DNA from: Felis catus
Lineage: Eukaryota
Length of the DNA: 64,000 nt
Reading direction: 5' to 3'
Assembly: GCF_018350175.1 (NCBI RefSeq)
Contig: NC_058368.1
Coordinates: 18,106,001 to 18,170,000 of the forward strand
Each line of letters starts with the position of its first letter. The stretch's first letter is position 1. The notes under the pieces were generated by a model. The model was not told the origin of the DNA, made no database searches, and saw only the letters and a program-made list of their open reading frames with translations. The translations under genes were made by a program, and so were the position numbers. Shown here piece by piece: positions 9,019-20,410 of the stretch.

Positions 9019-12000
9019 CAGAATACTATTTTAGCGAAGGATGTCTCCTTTATATTTGGAAAGGATGTGTTCTTAGTTATTGGGTGCAGAGTTCTATACA
9101 TGTTGAGGGGATAAATGTTGTTAATCTTGTTCAAGTCATCTATTGGATTTAGGTATTTTATCTGCATGTTACATCAGCTGCTGAGAGATACTTGTTAAAA
9201 ATGTTAACTAAGATTGTGTGTTTGCTTGTTTTTTTTTAGTTTTTTTTTTTTTTTTCAGTTTTTGCCTTACATGTTTTGAGGCTATTTCTAGACATTTCAA
9301 CTTTATCTATTCTGATTTTTTTCTTTGCACCCTTAGTTTCTCAGAAGTATGTGATTTGTATTTTTACTATTAACATTTGTAACAAGGGAGTGAGGCAATA
9401 AAATTTGTTTCATAAAAAGAACGATTGACGATGACAATAGATTTCCTTCTGCCATGCCCCCCTGTGTCCTACTTCACAGTTAGAAAAATAAACTGTAGCC
9501 TTATCAGTTAAGCCAGTCATTGATCTATGAACTCCTGGCAACACCCGTCACTTTGGTCCCAGGGCAAATTAAGCTAAATTCGCAGAGCGCATTGAGTTAC
9601 CATTCATATTGTTCACTTTTATTCTTCTCCCAAACCCTCAGGTGGGTGACTTGGATTCTGTTGGCTCTGACTGTGTTTTGAATACCAGCATCTGACTTGA
9701 ACCTCTACGAGATCAACCTGTTAAGACAATCTGATTTCATTAACCAAAATGACCTTATCTCACAATGAGTTGTGGTGCATAATTGCGTTAACAAGCGTAA
9801 GCAAGAATGCCAGCTTCCAGTGTTCTGAGACGGTATATGATGTGAATCCTTTTCATCACTGAGTGTAGCCACATTCTTTGTAGATGGTTTCTTGAACGAA
9901 ATGAGGCAACTTTCTGCCTTGGTGGACGTTCTGAGGTTTATACAAACTGTCCATAATCCGAAGCATCAACTTAATGTGAAACTCAGTGTGGTTTATATCT
10001 AATAGCTTCTGAGACTTTTTCATAGAAGTTTGGTGGTCGGCAAAGAAATTATTGGAATAAAAATATCACAGCTTCTGTGCTGTGTGCAGATACTCACGGA
10101 ACGTGATGAAGGAATTACTGTCTAACCGTGCACATATTCTGAGTAATTAGGCCGCGTGCCAAAACCATTAAGGCTCAAATGCCAAGCGCCTGTAGGGAGG
10201 GTTCTGTTACAGGATTTAGCAACCAACCCCTGGCTCAGTTACCAGGGGGTGGCACTCCAAGCTTCCTGATGGCAGTGCCAGCCTGGCTGAGACTCCGCAG
10301 CTGCCTCCCGGCCACTGCTGGCTTCCAGGGACCCTCCCCGATGCTGCCCCCGTGCCCACCCTTCTTGCCCATCTGCCCTCCATCTGCCTGCCACTCGAGT
10401 GGCGGGTGCACAGTTGGGGGCACCTTACAAGCTGAGTCATGACACCCAGATGGCACATTGCATTCACCTTTCCTGTGCCTCCACGGCTCTTTCTCCAGTT
10501 TGGCAGCTTCCGAGGAAAGGGTTGCCAATTCCCGTTTCATAACATTTCAGGGGCTCCGTTCTGAGGCTTCTGGGTATCCTGGCACTCAAGGAACCCGGGC
10601 CTGGGGGCAGGATAGGGAGACCCATTCAGGGATTATGGACATCCAGGCACCCCTGGCCCGCACCCAAAAAAACCTGAGGGAACAAGAGTAGCCTTTGTAA
10701 CTCCAGAATTTCATCAAGATGAGCTGAAATCTGGTTCTGTCATTTCCCCGTCTACATCTCGCCCTGCTCTACAGCCGCCCCCCGCAAAAACCCCAAAAAA
10801 CAGAGCTGTGCGGTATCTTCACAATTTGACTTTTATCCAGAACCGAGGCTCTTTATTTGTTAGAGCTAAGCGTTTGGTCCAAGATTTTCTAATTCTTTCT
10901 GTGGGAACTTGAATCAGCACCCCCTCCCCAATCCCCCGTAGAAGCAGATGGGGATCTTGGCGAGCTTTAGAAGCCCAGGACTTGGCAGGTTGAGAGTTCT
11001 ATTTGCCAGGCTGAATTGCTTGTAATTAAAACGCTCATCCTCCTCCTTTTTGCACTTCTGAACTTATCTGACGAATCAAGAGAGTATTTAATCATGCATA
11101 GAAACAAATCTGCTCATATAAGTGAAAATCTGCCTTTGAAGTCAGGGACTCAGCCGCGGAGGTGAGTCAGTCACACAGGCTGGTTAGGGTGACGGGGCCC
11201 AGTCAGTGTCCGGTGCCCAGATTGGGGCCGGGTGTCCAGTCCTCCCCTTCTTCCGCTGTTTCCCGTCTCCATTCCCTTGCCTCAGCTGTGGCCACAGTCA
11301 ACACTCCTGGACGTGGGATTTGGGTTTTGTTAGTGACACTTGCTGAACCAGATTGTTAATGTGTATCTGCTTTCTAATACTGAAAAGAAAATAACTCATT
11401 AGCCTTGACATTTTAATGTGTGAGTGCTCGGAGACAAAACTTCACTTTGCTCCTTCCAGACGGAGAGGTGGTAATTGCCAGATTGAGTGCACGTTAGAAA
11501 CTCGAGAACAAAGTGAGGCATGACCACGCGTGGCTCTTGGGGTGATGAGAGCTCAGAGTTAATTTTAGAAATAACCGTTTAACAAAATAATCCAGAGGAG
11601 GTGAGTAGCTGGGTTTGTCTCCATTTAGGAACTCTCACGTGGGCCATTGGTGATGTGGGTGTTAGAAATGGAGGTGGTGCTCAGATGGGAGCACTGGGGC
11701 ACCACCCGTGAGGACAGCAGAGCAGTATCCCCAGGCGCTCGAACACTGGGACATTTGCTGAATCTAGCCAGGGACCGCTGGTGTGCGTTCTTACAGGGAG
11801 GAGGAGGAACTGTCCCTTGTGCGGGCCCCCTCACAGGTTGGCGAGGGCTCCTCGCAGTTATTCTCTGGTACCTCAATTTACCTGTCACCCGGGCAGACGG
11901 CTCCAGGTTCAGCTCAGAGAGCTGCCGTGAAGGGGAGCAGGCGTGAAGATTGCCCTACCGCTTGGTTGCTTGGGCAGCCAGGCCACGATGGACTCTGGAG

Positions 12001-12979
12001 ACCGGAGACGGGGAAGGGGACAGAGCAGATCTTTGCCACCCAAGACTCTACCTTGCAAACCGGAGACTCCCCAGCAGGGATAGGACCTGGCTGCCGTTAG
12101 CGAGGTCCAACCCCGAGCCCTCATCACTGTGCGAGGAGACATCATCCCAAGTCCTTCGGCAGGCTCCGTCCGGCACCAGGGTCTCCTTCCGTCGAGGTGG
12201 CTCAGTCAAGCGCTCCGACTGCTCCCGTTCACATGCATTTATGCAATTTTGTTTTCTCGCAGTTTAACACACGTGTCTCTGTCTATCTCTTTCACACTCA
12301 CACACAATGAGATTTAGTAACCCATTTTAATGAGGCAATTATATTTTAACTCTATTATGTGCAATTATCCACTCACATAAATTGCCCCAGCTGGAGCGCC
12401 TGGTGTCCATGTCTCGCTGGCTGGCACTCAGCTGCTGGCCCCCGGGGGCAGCTGGGCCTCCAGCACGGGAACACTGCCGCGGCGGCCGCCCCTGCTGCTC
12501 TCCACAGGTGGCTCACTGCTGCCAAGGGGCAGGGACATTTGCAATTTCTGGCCCACCCAGCGGAGCTCTTGATTGCTGTGTGGGTGGCCTAGAACTTTGT
12601 CATCCGCTCTGCTGTGCTGGCGGTGTTGTTTATCCAGACCCGGAGCCCTAGGTAGCCTCCTAGCTTGGAGGGGCCGGAAAAACAAACTCGGATAATCGGA
12701 GCCATGCACCTTGGCCTTATGTTTTCCCTGTTAATCGTCTAGGCTCTAGGTGCCTCGGGCTGGGGATGAGAGGCGGCGGCCTCTGTACCCCTGTCCTACC
12801 CGTGGTAACTTTAAAGCAGAGGTTTTAATGATGAGATAGGTACCTCATGCAAAGAAGTGATTTAATTTACGTGGTCGCACAAAGCAGGACAAAGCGGTCA
12901 CCCAAGGACTTGTCGCCCAACTCACTAGAATGTTCCCAACGCGTTCGCATCTACCTGGGGGTGTTCGTTTCACCCTTGC

Positions 12980-13480
12980 CCTCCGAAGGCACCATTTGCT
13001 TGAACTTTGTTCTGACCTGTCGCTTCATTTTTTTTGGAAAGTTCTATCACATACGCATGTATCATTCCTTAGGTAGCCTTCTGTAGCTTTCTCCTCCATG
13101 TAGTGTCATGCGAAAGATTCATCTCTGCAACTCTCCAGAGTTCTGGCTCATTCATAGCCATTGCTGTATACTCTTGTGTGACACCTTCTTTGTAGCCACC
13201 CCCTCTCAAATGAACCTTTGGGTTTTATAGGTGTTTTTGTTTGTTTGCTTTGCACTCCGAGCAAGGCTTCCGTGATATTCCTGGGTACACAAACAAAGTA
13301 CAAATACGTGGGAATTTCTCTACCTTGGAGTGGAATTTCTGGATTTTAGCGTATCAGAACGTTCAAGGCTTTCAGAGAATGCCAAACTGCTTTCCAAAGT
13401 GGTTGAACCAACGCGTGGCCCCCTCCTCCCAGGTGGTGGCTTTTGCAGTTTTCCAGATTCCTCCCACAGTGTCCTGTGTC
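12980..13480 (-). mobile_element. Old L1 3'-region fragment (L1ME-like)
   Basis: GGAGTGGAATTTCTGGAT...ATGCCAAACTGCTTTCCAAAGTGGTTG is typical antisense L1 3' sequence. Confidence 0.7.
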
Positions 13481-13519
13481 CGGTCCAGTATGAAATAATG
13501 GTTACGAGCATCATTTGGA

Positions 13520-13630
13520 CCTGTGGGAACTTGGACAGACTAGTTGCTCTCTCTAAGCCTCAGTTTTCCTATCGGTGAGGATGGAGGAAATGCTCGAGCA
13601 GGGTACCTTAACACCTAGTGGGGCACATTG
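13520..13630 (+). mobile_element. MIR fragment
   Basis: CTCTCTAAGCCTCAGTTTTCCTATCGGTGAGGATGG resembles the MIR core. Confidence 0.65.
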
Positions 13631-14049
13631 GCAAACTTCCTTGCCTTAGGGAAAATGCAACATCTCCCAGCAACTAGGTGCCTTCACGTTGCCAAGTGCC
13701 GCTAAACCAAAATTCCTTGTGCTGTGGTCTAAGATGCTTGCTACTTGGTACTCTCCACGATTTAAATCTGTCCCGCAAAGAAAATGAGACATCAATAAGA
13801 TACCAGAAGGTATGAACATTTTCTGGTTGTATCACAGGTGGTAATTTGGGGATTTATGTAATTAGCACCCACCGCTACTGCTGTTGTCTTGTACATATTA
13901 GCTGCATTTTCTCTTTGGGCCGTCAGTAGAATACCATTGCCCTCAGGGCCCCGTAAGGCGACATGAGCCACCCCGAGTCTCCCGCATGCTGACGGAGCTG
14001 TCCTCAGAGGCAGGCAACAGTGACGCTAAGAGCTGTAACGTTAGTCCAG

Positions 14050-14230
14050 GGCTTTTACAAAGCATTATTCCTGAACAGCCCGTCAGTCGTCTGTCCACTG
14101 AGGTCCTCAGAGTGCAATGTTATTTCTGTTCCTGCTTCTACGGATAAAGAAACTGAAACTTAGAGACAATTAAGTGACTTGTCTTACGTAAGTGACAGAA
14201 GCTGGACCGAAGCCAAGCCTTCGGTCACTG
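14050..14230 (-). mobile_element. MIR fragment
   Basis: TACGGATAAAGAAACTGAAACTTAGAGACAATTAAGTGACTTGTC is the reverse MIR core. Confidence 0.75.
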
Positions 14231-14774
14231 GGCCCAATGCTTTTTGTCCCATCGCCTCCCCAGTCTGACTGTATTAGGTTCCATTGTGTGTGTTTGTTCA
14301 TTTTTTCCCTTTCTACGTTATTTAGTAATCCAGTTGATTGTATTAAAAATAAAAAGAAATTCATTTGTGTTTCCAGGGGTGGCTGTAGCCATTAGTCAGA
14401 CTACTGAACAAAGCTCGCTGTCAAATTGGCTTTCAGAGGAACGGTTCGAGAATTAATTGTAAAAGGCTTACTCGTAATGAAAAAGCCTTAGGATCACGGG
14501 CTTTCATTTCTCCCAATCAGGTTTTAATTACTGAAAAGTTTGGTAACAACTGAAGCGTGTAGTTACTGCCCTCTTTGTTCCTCATTGTCTTCTCTTCTCG
14601 TTTCTGCAAGACCTCATTTGGTGATATGAATCGTCTTTTTAGGGTTCATTTTCACTAAGAAAAAGTTCTGCCTTTTCCGGGGCTCAAGCAGGCACCGCTC
14701 CTCCTGTCATGGGGAGAAGCGGGCACAGCGGCCCACACCTGCCACCCACTCAGGGGAGCGCGGGGAAAGAGCTG

Positions 14775-14793
14775 CCACCACTAGGGGGCGTCC
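14775..14793 (+). promoter_or_regulatory. CTCF core motif in a CpG-rich patch
   Basis: CCACCACTAGGGGGCGTCC closely matches the CTCF consensus CCAC(C/T)AG(A/G)(G/T)GGCG. Confidence 0.65.
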
Positions 14794-16659
14794 CATACAA
14801 GGCCGAGGAACGAGGACCGCCCCGCTCCCGAACAACTCAGGGCCTGTCCCCCGAATATCACTGGGCAGGTTAACAGAGCCAACGGGCTCTCTGGCCTATT
14901 CCCGGCAGATTCGGAAAGGCGCTTGCCCCGCTCGGGTCACACTGCGAGACTTTCGGGCACTTCTTTGTGCATTGTTTCGGTGTCCGACAAGACCCGTGTG
15001 TTTGATCCAGAGGCACCAAGGCAGAGCTACGGGATGCCGTGAACCTCAGCCTCTCCCCGGGTTTCCCCAACCCCACAAAGCAGACATTGTGGTATCGCTG
15101 TTTTCCAGATGAGAATCGGGAAGGTCTGAGAGGTTGAGGGACTTTTCCCCGGTGGCAGAACAGGGATCAAAGACAGTTCTGTCCACCCTGTGCTCTCCTT
15201 ACCTCTCCAGCCTCCCTCCATCCTAATGCCGGGAACGGAAAAGAGCAAATCTGTGTCAGAGACAACCAGAGGAAGGAGACTGGTCTTCCGAGGGTGCCTC
15301 TCCTTTGGGATATTTACCTACACTTGTTTCTTGGGAAGAGGCTTAGGCCTGGATTGAGGCAGCAGTGAGTATTTTCCCAATGGACTCCCCTGGCTGTGTG
15401 AAGGGAGAGGTGATCTGGATTTCCCTACTAGGGGGAGCCCTGAGCTCTGGAGATTGTTTGTGAGGCTCCTAACAGACAAGAGGAAGAGAAGATACTTTTC
15501 TGCTGACCACCACAGAGGCCAGGACACCATGATTTTCAGTAATTAGAAGCTAATTATCTCTGTCCACCCCTGCTTTGATTAGAACAGGAAGAAAACAAAA
15601 CAAAACTGAACCTTGAACTGAAGATTGTCTGATTGTAGATTGGAGGTGCCCAGTCTCTAAAAGAACCAGGCCACTGTCACTCATCGGTTCTCTAGAGAGT
15701 AGTCATTGGAACGGAGAAATTCGGCGCTCGCCTGACTCCCGTCAGGACTCTTTTAAGGCTGGTAGTTTTGTGGAAATAGGCTAATTCTTTCCTGTGACTT
15801 ATGTTCCATCCACCTAATATTCAGCTCCTTGTTATTGAAACATGAACACGTTCTTTAGAAGAAGAAATGCTGTGTCAGCCTGTGTAAACCTGTCATCCTG
15901 TACTCAAATTAGTCCTGATGGAAATGGAAATTATTTATCTATTGACATTTTTGTTTGCTCCATGATATATCTATTGGCGAAAATGAACCTAAAAATCAAC
16001 CACACAAGGGAACACGACGGTTGTCAGAAGTTTGAGCAGGCCAGTGTAAAATGGCAGCGGGAACCCACATGGGTGCACTTTGTGCAGCTGAGTGGGCAAG
16101 CTCCAGAACGATCTTCCGTTTCATGGAGCAGGATTGTCTAACTGCAGGAAAAGGCCCATCCAACTGCCTCCCTGGCACTCCGAATAGGGCAGTAAGCCCT
16201 GAGTGTATATCTGCCAAAGGGCATCTCAGTTGTGACTTGCAGAATCTTCCATATTATCTGTTTTTCCCCAACCTTCATGTAATTTTAAAATTTTATAAAT
16301 GTAATGTACATTTGGAAGGCTTCTTTTTGCTACTAGAAATTCACGTTTGTTTGTTTGTTTGCTTTTTAATAAATTGTTGGGCCAGTTATTTCTGGTGTTT
16401 AGAACAGAACGTGGGATACTCATTAAATATGGTTGTGAAAAAATCCGAGAACTGTATTTAGTGTTTTTGGTACAACTTACTTTATGCTCAGTTGCTCTCC
16501 TATTTGATCTGTGGTTGGGGATAAGCATGAAGTAAGCGTTCATTGGATGTTATCAGTTCTTGTCTTTATTATGGTTATATTGCTGAAAGGTAGATTGGGA
16601 AAAAGAAAAAAAAATGCACACAACTCAGTTGTCTCTACTCACTTAATCCTTGGTGTCAC

Positions 16660-16790
16660 GGGAAAAGTTCTAGATGAAAAATGAGGACATCTGGGTTCTA
16701 GTCTAGGCTTTGACTCCCACCAGCTTTGTGACCCTGTAACACATCTTTGTGGCTCACTCGTCACTAAAATGACGGCTCACTCATCACTCG
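16660..16790 (+). mobile_element. MIR fragment
   Basis: CTGGGTTCTAGTCTAGGCTTTGACTCCCACCAGCTTTGTGACCCTG resembles the MIR 5' half. Confidence 0.6.
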
Positions 16791-18029
16791 TCCCACCAGA
16801 GCCTCCCTGCCCCCACTCACCCAGAGCTTGCTCAAGTGAGTACTGATTGCTGATTACTTAGTTATTTTTTTAATGTAGTATTACATTTTAATACACCAAA
16901 AACAAAATAAAGCATCCAGATGCCAGCTCAAGCGAAAGCTGGAAAAAATCTAAAACAATCTTTTCGGAGATACTTTGGAAAGATGTTGTTTAGGCAAAAT
17001 TCGAATCAACAAAGTCAGAAAAATATGACGACGTTTAAAAAGCTACAGAAAACAACTGAAGAGAATAGTAGTATCAGCTCTTTTATTCTGGTGTCTGGCT
17101 TTGTTTCTAGGAACTATCAGATGAAAAAAGAAAAGGCAGAGGAAGAAAGACAAGGAAGCAGTAAGGGAGCTAGAGCAATAAAGTACAACTTGCGTGTCGT
17201 GTGGTTGTTATCTTAAGAAAATGTGTGCCGACCAATTTTATTCAAAGACTACATCAACAAACACCCAGTAGCAATCTGCCCCAAGATTCTCTCCCCCCCC
17301 CCCCCCCCCGCCCAATACAGACCGAAGCAAAATAATCAGGTTGTGTCAAAAAATGTTTCCAGTAAAATGGTCGCCTCTGTGTTCTTGTTAAATATTAGCC
17401 ACTGTGGGCTTGCACAGTCCCCTTGCTGGGTAATGTTGGCTAAGTAAATATTAATACCGTACACCTTTCCCTCAGAAAAATGAAGGTGAACAAATGGGAA
17501 AAGATGTAAAGAATGTTTTGCAGCCTTATGATAATAAATACTTTGTGAGTGAATCGGGGAAATTAAAGGACGAAAAAGCCCACTAACTCAGCGGCTTCCC
17601 CGATGTCTGCTGCCGTGTGCTTTTAAGTGGTGTATCTGGTCTAGTGTTTAATGACTCAGGTTATAGGGAATTTACCACTTCCCTCAAAGTCACTTTCCTA
17701 GCGGAGACTATCTGGCCAGCTAGGAAAGTTGGTCAAATTCCCCCTGCTTTGTTTGATCTTCTCACTAATTTCATATTATTTAGCCTATGTCGTTTCCCTC
17801 TAGTGTCTTTAGATTCTTCATTGTTTTCTACGCGTGTCTTATGGTTCTTTCTGTTCATTCAGCCTTCCTCTCTTTAGTTGCTACCAAGAAGAAAGCCAAT
17901 CCTTTCTTTTTTTGGCTGTGGATACGTGAGAACCTTTGGTTTCATTCGGCAAATTAACAATAACCACAACAACAACCTGAATTGACCACTGGCTGTTGTC
18001 AGGTGACGTGCTAAATATTTTATGTACAT

Positions 18030-18600
18030 TACCTCGTTTATGAAGCACCTACTGTTTGTCAGGTACCAGGAACGCAAAGTTAGACGTAATCCTGCCCTGG
18101 TCGTCAAAGAGCTCAGACCACACTGGAGGAGACCAGCATTCAAACAGATAATGGGGTCACAGCAGCTCGGGACACGGGGCTGTCTTCAGAGTGCGGCTGG
18201 AGCCCCAAGGGCGAGGGGTCACTCTAGTGGTGAAGGGGGGGAGCGGCAAAGGCAGAGGTGGAGTGGGACAATGATATTCCAGAGGAGACAAGCTCCGGGC
18301 CAAATCCTCAGAGTTAGGAAGGGCGTGTGGAGCTGGAGAGGAGGGGTGCTCCAGACAGTACGTGGAGTTCAATGTCATTAAATCGAAAGCCACGAAGATC
18401 GCTGAGAGGTAAGCTAGGCCAGGCTCAGGTTGTGAACAGCTCCGGTATTAGCTGGTGGAAAACTGGACTTGGCTCCGGGTTTTAAGCAGAGGCGTGAGTG
18501 ACTTGGCGGCCACGTGGAAAACCCACGGGGAACAGAGAGACTGTGCTGTGGCCTCTGTCCTGGGGAGAGACAATGAGTGTCAGGATCCCGGGGTCGGGTT
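18030..18600 (-). mobile_element. L2 3'-end fragment
   Basis: AAGCACCTACTGTTTGTCAGGTAC...TCCTGCCCTGG...GAGCTCAGAC and GGGTTTTAAGCAGAGGCGTGA are antisense L2 phrases. Confidence 0.65.
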
Positions 18601-18896
18601 AGCTCCTCCCGGTTGGACCGTCCTTAAGGCTGTCTGTCTCCCTGACTCTAAGAAATGAAGACGTTAGTTACCAAGTGCCTTCTGATTCTCTGATCGGGTC
18701 TTCTAAGTACCTCGATGCTGAAAAATGGGCAGTGGGGGAACACGTTTGCTGCCAGCAGTGGCGTTATGTCAGATGATGGTTACTTATTGACAGCTGTTTA
18801 ACAATTTCTGTGGAGAGTGTTGGCAGAGAGAGAACTGGCACCGACGGAGCATTCGCTCTGTACAAAGCCCAGCGCTGTGGGCGCTAGTGTTTGTTG

Positions 18897-18915
18897 TGTC
18901 CGCAAGGTGGCAGCA
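18897..18915 (+). promoter_or_regulatory. CTCF-like motif
   Basis: GTCCGCAAGGTGGCAGCA matches the CCGCGNGGNGGCAG-type CTCF core with one mismatch, in locally CpG-retaining unique sequence. Confidence 0.5.
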
Positions 18916-19399
18916 GAGAGTCAACCTTCTGACACCCAAGCCGCCCTAAGCAAGGAACGCGTACCGGGGAAATAACCACATGCGGAAGTGATCCTGTCTA
19001 AGAGACGAATTGTTTATATTTTCCTCCCAGCCTAAAAGTAACAGATGACAAAAAGAAAGCTAATACTTGAGGTCCATAGATTGGACACATATCTAATTTG
19101 GTTACGGTGACTGTGGCGTATCCATAGGTTAGAAATGACATGCGAATAAGCTGGAATCTGATTAATTATAGTGTTAACAGGCTTGTCTGAGGTAGAGTGC
19201 TAACAGAAAGATAGTGTCTGCCTGGAGTCTAGAAAAAGCAGGATAGGTCAAAAGGCCTCAACCAACCTTTATTCAATATCCACGGAAAGGAGTGACTATG
19301 TAGCTAATGTGTGCATTGCCATCATTGGATTTCTAAATGTTTAGAAACACGTTAGAATTTCTTACATCTGGGAAGAAATAATCTTCCAATTATTGAACA

Positions 19400-19598
19400 T
19401 TTTTTTTAAAGCTTATTTATGTATTCTTGAGAGAGAGAGAGAATCGGGGGGGGGGAGCAGAAAGAGAGGGATACAGAGGATCTGAAGCAGGCTCTGCCCT
19501 GACAGCAGAGAGCCTGATGTGGGGCTCAAACTCATGAACAGAGATCATAACCTAAGCCAAAGTTGGACACTTAACCAACTGAGCCTCCCAAGTGCTCC
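19400..19598 (-). mobile_element. Can-SINE (diverged)
   Basis: AGAGGATCTGAAGCAGGCTC...GGGGCTCAAACTCATGAAC...TTAACCAACTGAGCC; degenerate TSD starting TTGAA. Confidence 0.9.
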
Positions 19599-19651
19599 TT
19601 GAAAAATTTTTTTCAGAATCTAAGCTCATCAAACGATCTCCTTTGTATCAA

Positions 19652-20410
19652 CAGAGGCAGAATGGTATGGTGGTAAACTGTGGGCACTGTTTTCAGACCC
19701 TCTGGGTTGGCATCTTGGCCCTGACACTTAGATATTACTGTGTGCGTTAGTTATCTATTGATACATAATAAATTACCCCAAGCCGAGTGGTTTAAAACAA
19801 TAAACGTTTATGTCACAGTTTCTACAGTTCAGAGATGTAGAAGTGGCTTAGCTGGACATTTCTGGCTCAGGGTCCGTCATGGATTGCGGTCATCAGAAGG
19901 TTTGACTGGGGCAGGAAAACCCACTTCCAGAGTGGCTCACGCACATGGAGGGCACCGTGGTGCTGGTTATCGGTCCTCCACATGGGCCTCTCTACAGGCT
20001 GCTTTGTAGTCCTCAAGACATGATAACAACTTCCCCCAGAGTGAGCAATCCGAGGGAGAACCAGATAGAAGGGGCAACGTCTTTTATCCTAGTGTGGTGA
20101 GAGGTACCATCACTGCCAGCACGTTCCAGTCATTAGAATTGGGTCCTAAGTCTGATTCAAATCAAGGGAGGAGGAGATTGACACTCCACTTCTCAAAGAG
20201 AGAGTTTCAAAGACTTTTCACACGATTTTGCACCATTACAATGTGTAACCTTGGGCAACTTACCTAAAATCTCTCTGCTCCAGTTTCTTCATCAGTAAAA
20301 GAGGAAGAAGTTTAGTATCGGCCTTGTAGAGTTCTTGTAAGAATCAAAGGACTTAATGTAGACCTTAAAACGGTGCAGGATATACGATTAGGGCCTGATG
20401 AGTATTAGAA
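19652..20410 (+). mobile_element. MIR split in two by an MLT1 LTR
   Basis: The 5' half (~19652-19742) resumes at 20241 with TGTGTAACCTTGGGCAACTTACCTAA...CAGTTTCTTCATCAGTAAAA. Confidence 0.8.
19743..20240 (-). mobile_element. MaLR solo LTR (MLT1F-like)
   Basis: TG...CA termini, with TTAGTTATCTATTG...AAATTACCCCAA, TTCTGGCTCAGGGTC and TCATCAGAAGGTTTGACTGGGGC. 5-bp TSD CTGTG/ATGTG. Confidence 0.88.

Larger units (their letters stand above)
5540..9300 (-). mobile_element. Ancient LINE-1 ORF2 fragments (L1ME/L1M-like) with nested SINEs and MER47
   Basis: T-rich antisense L1 phrases such as TTGAATAGAAGTGGTGATAG, TTGCATTCCCAGAATAAACCCA and GTTCTATACATG. Confidence 0.8.

Noticed and set aside
10179..12709. 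Many overlapping 77-105 aa ORFs
   Set aside because: Pro/Gly/Ser/Arg-rich products of stop-codon scarcity in GC-rich sequence; no coherent exon structure.
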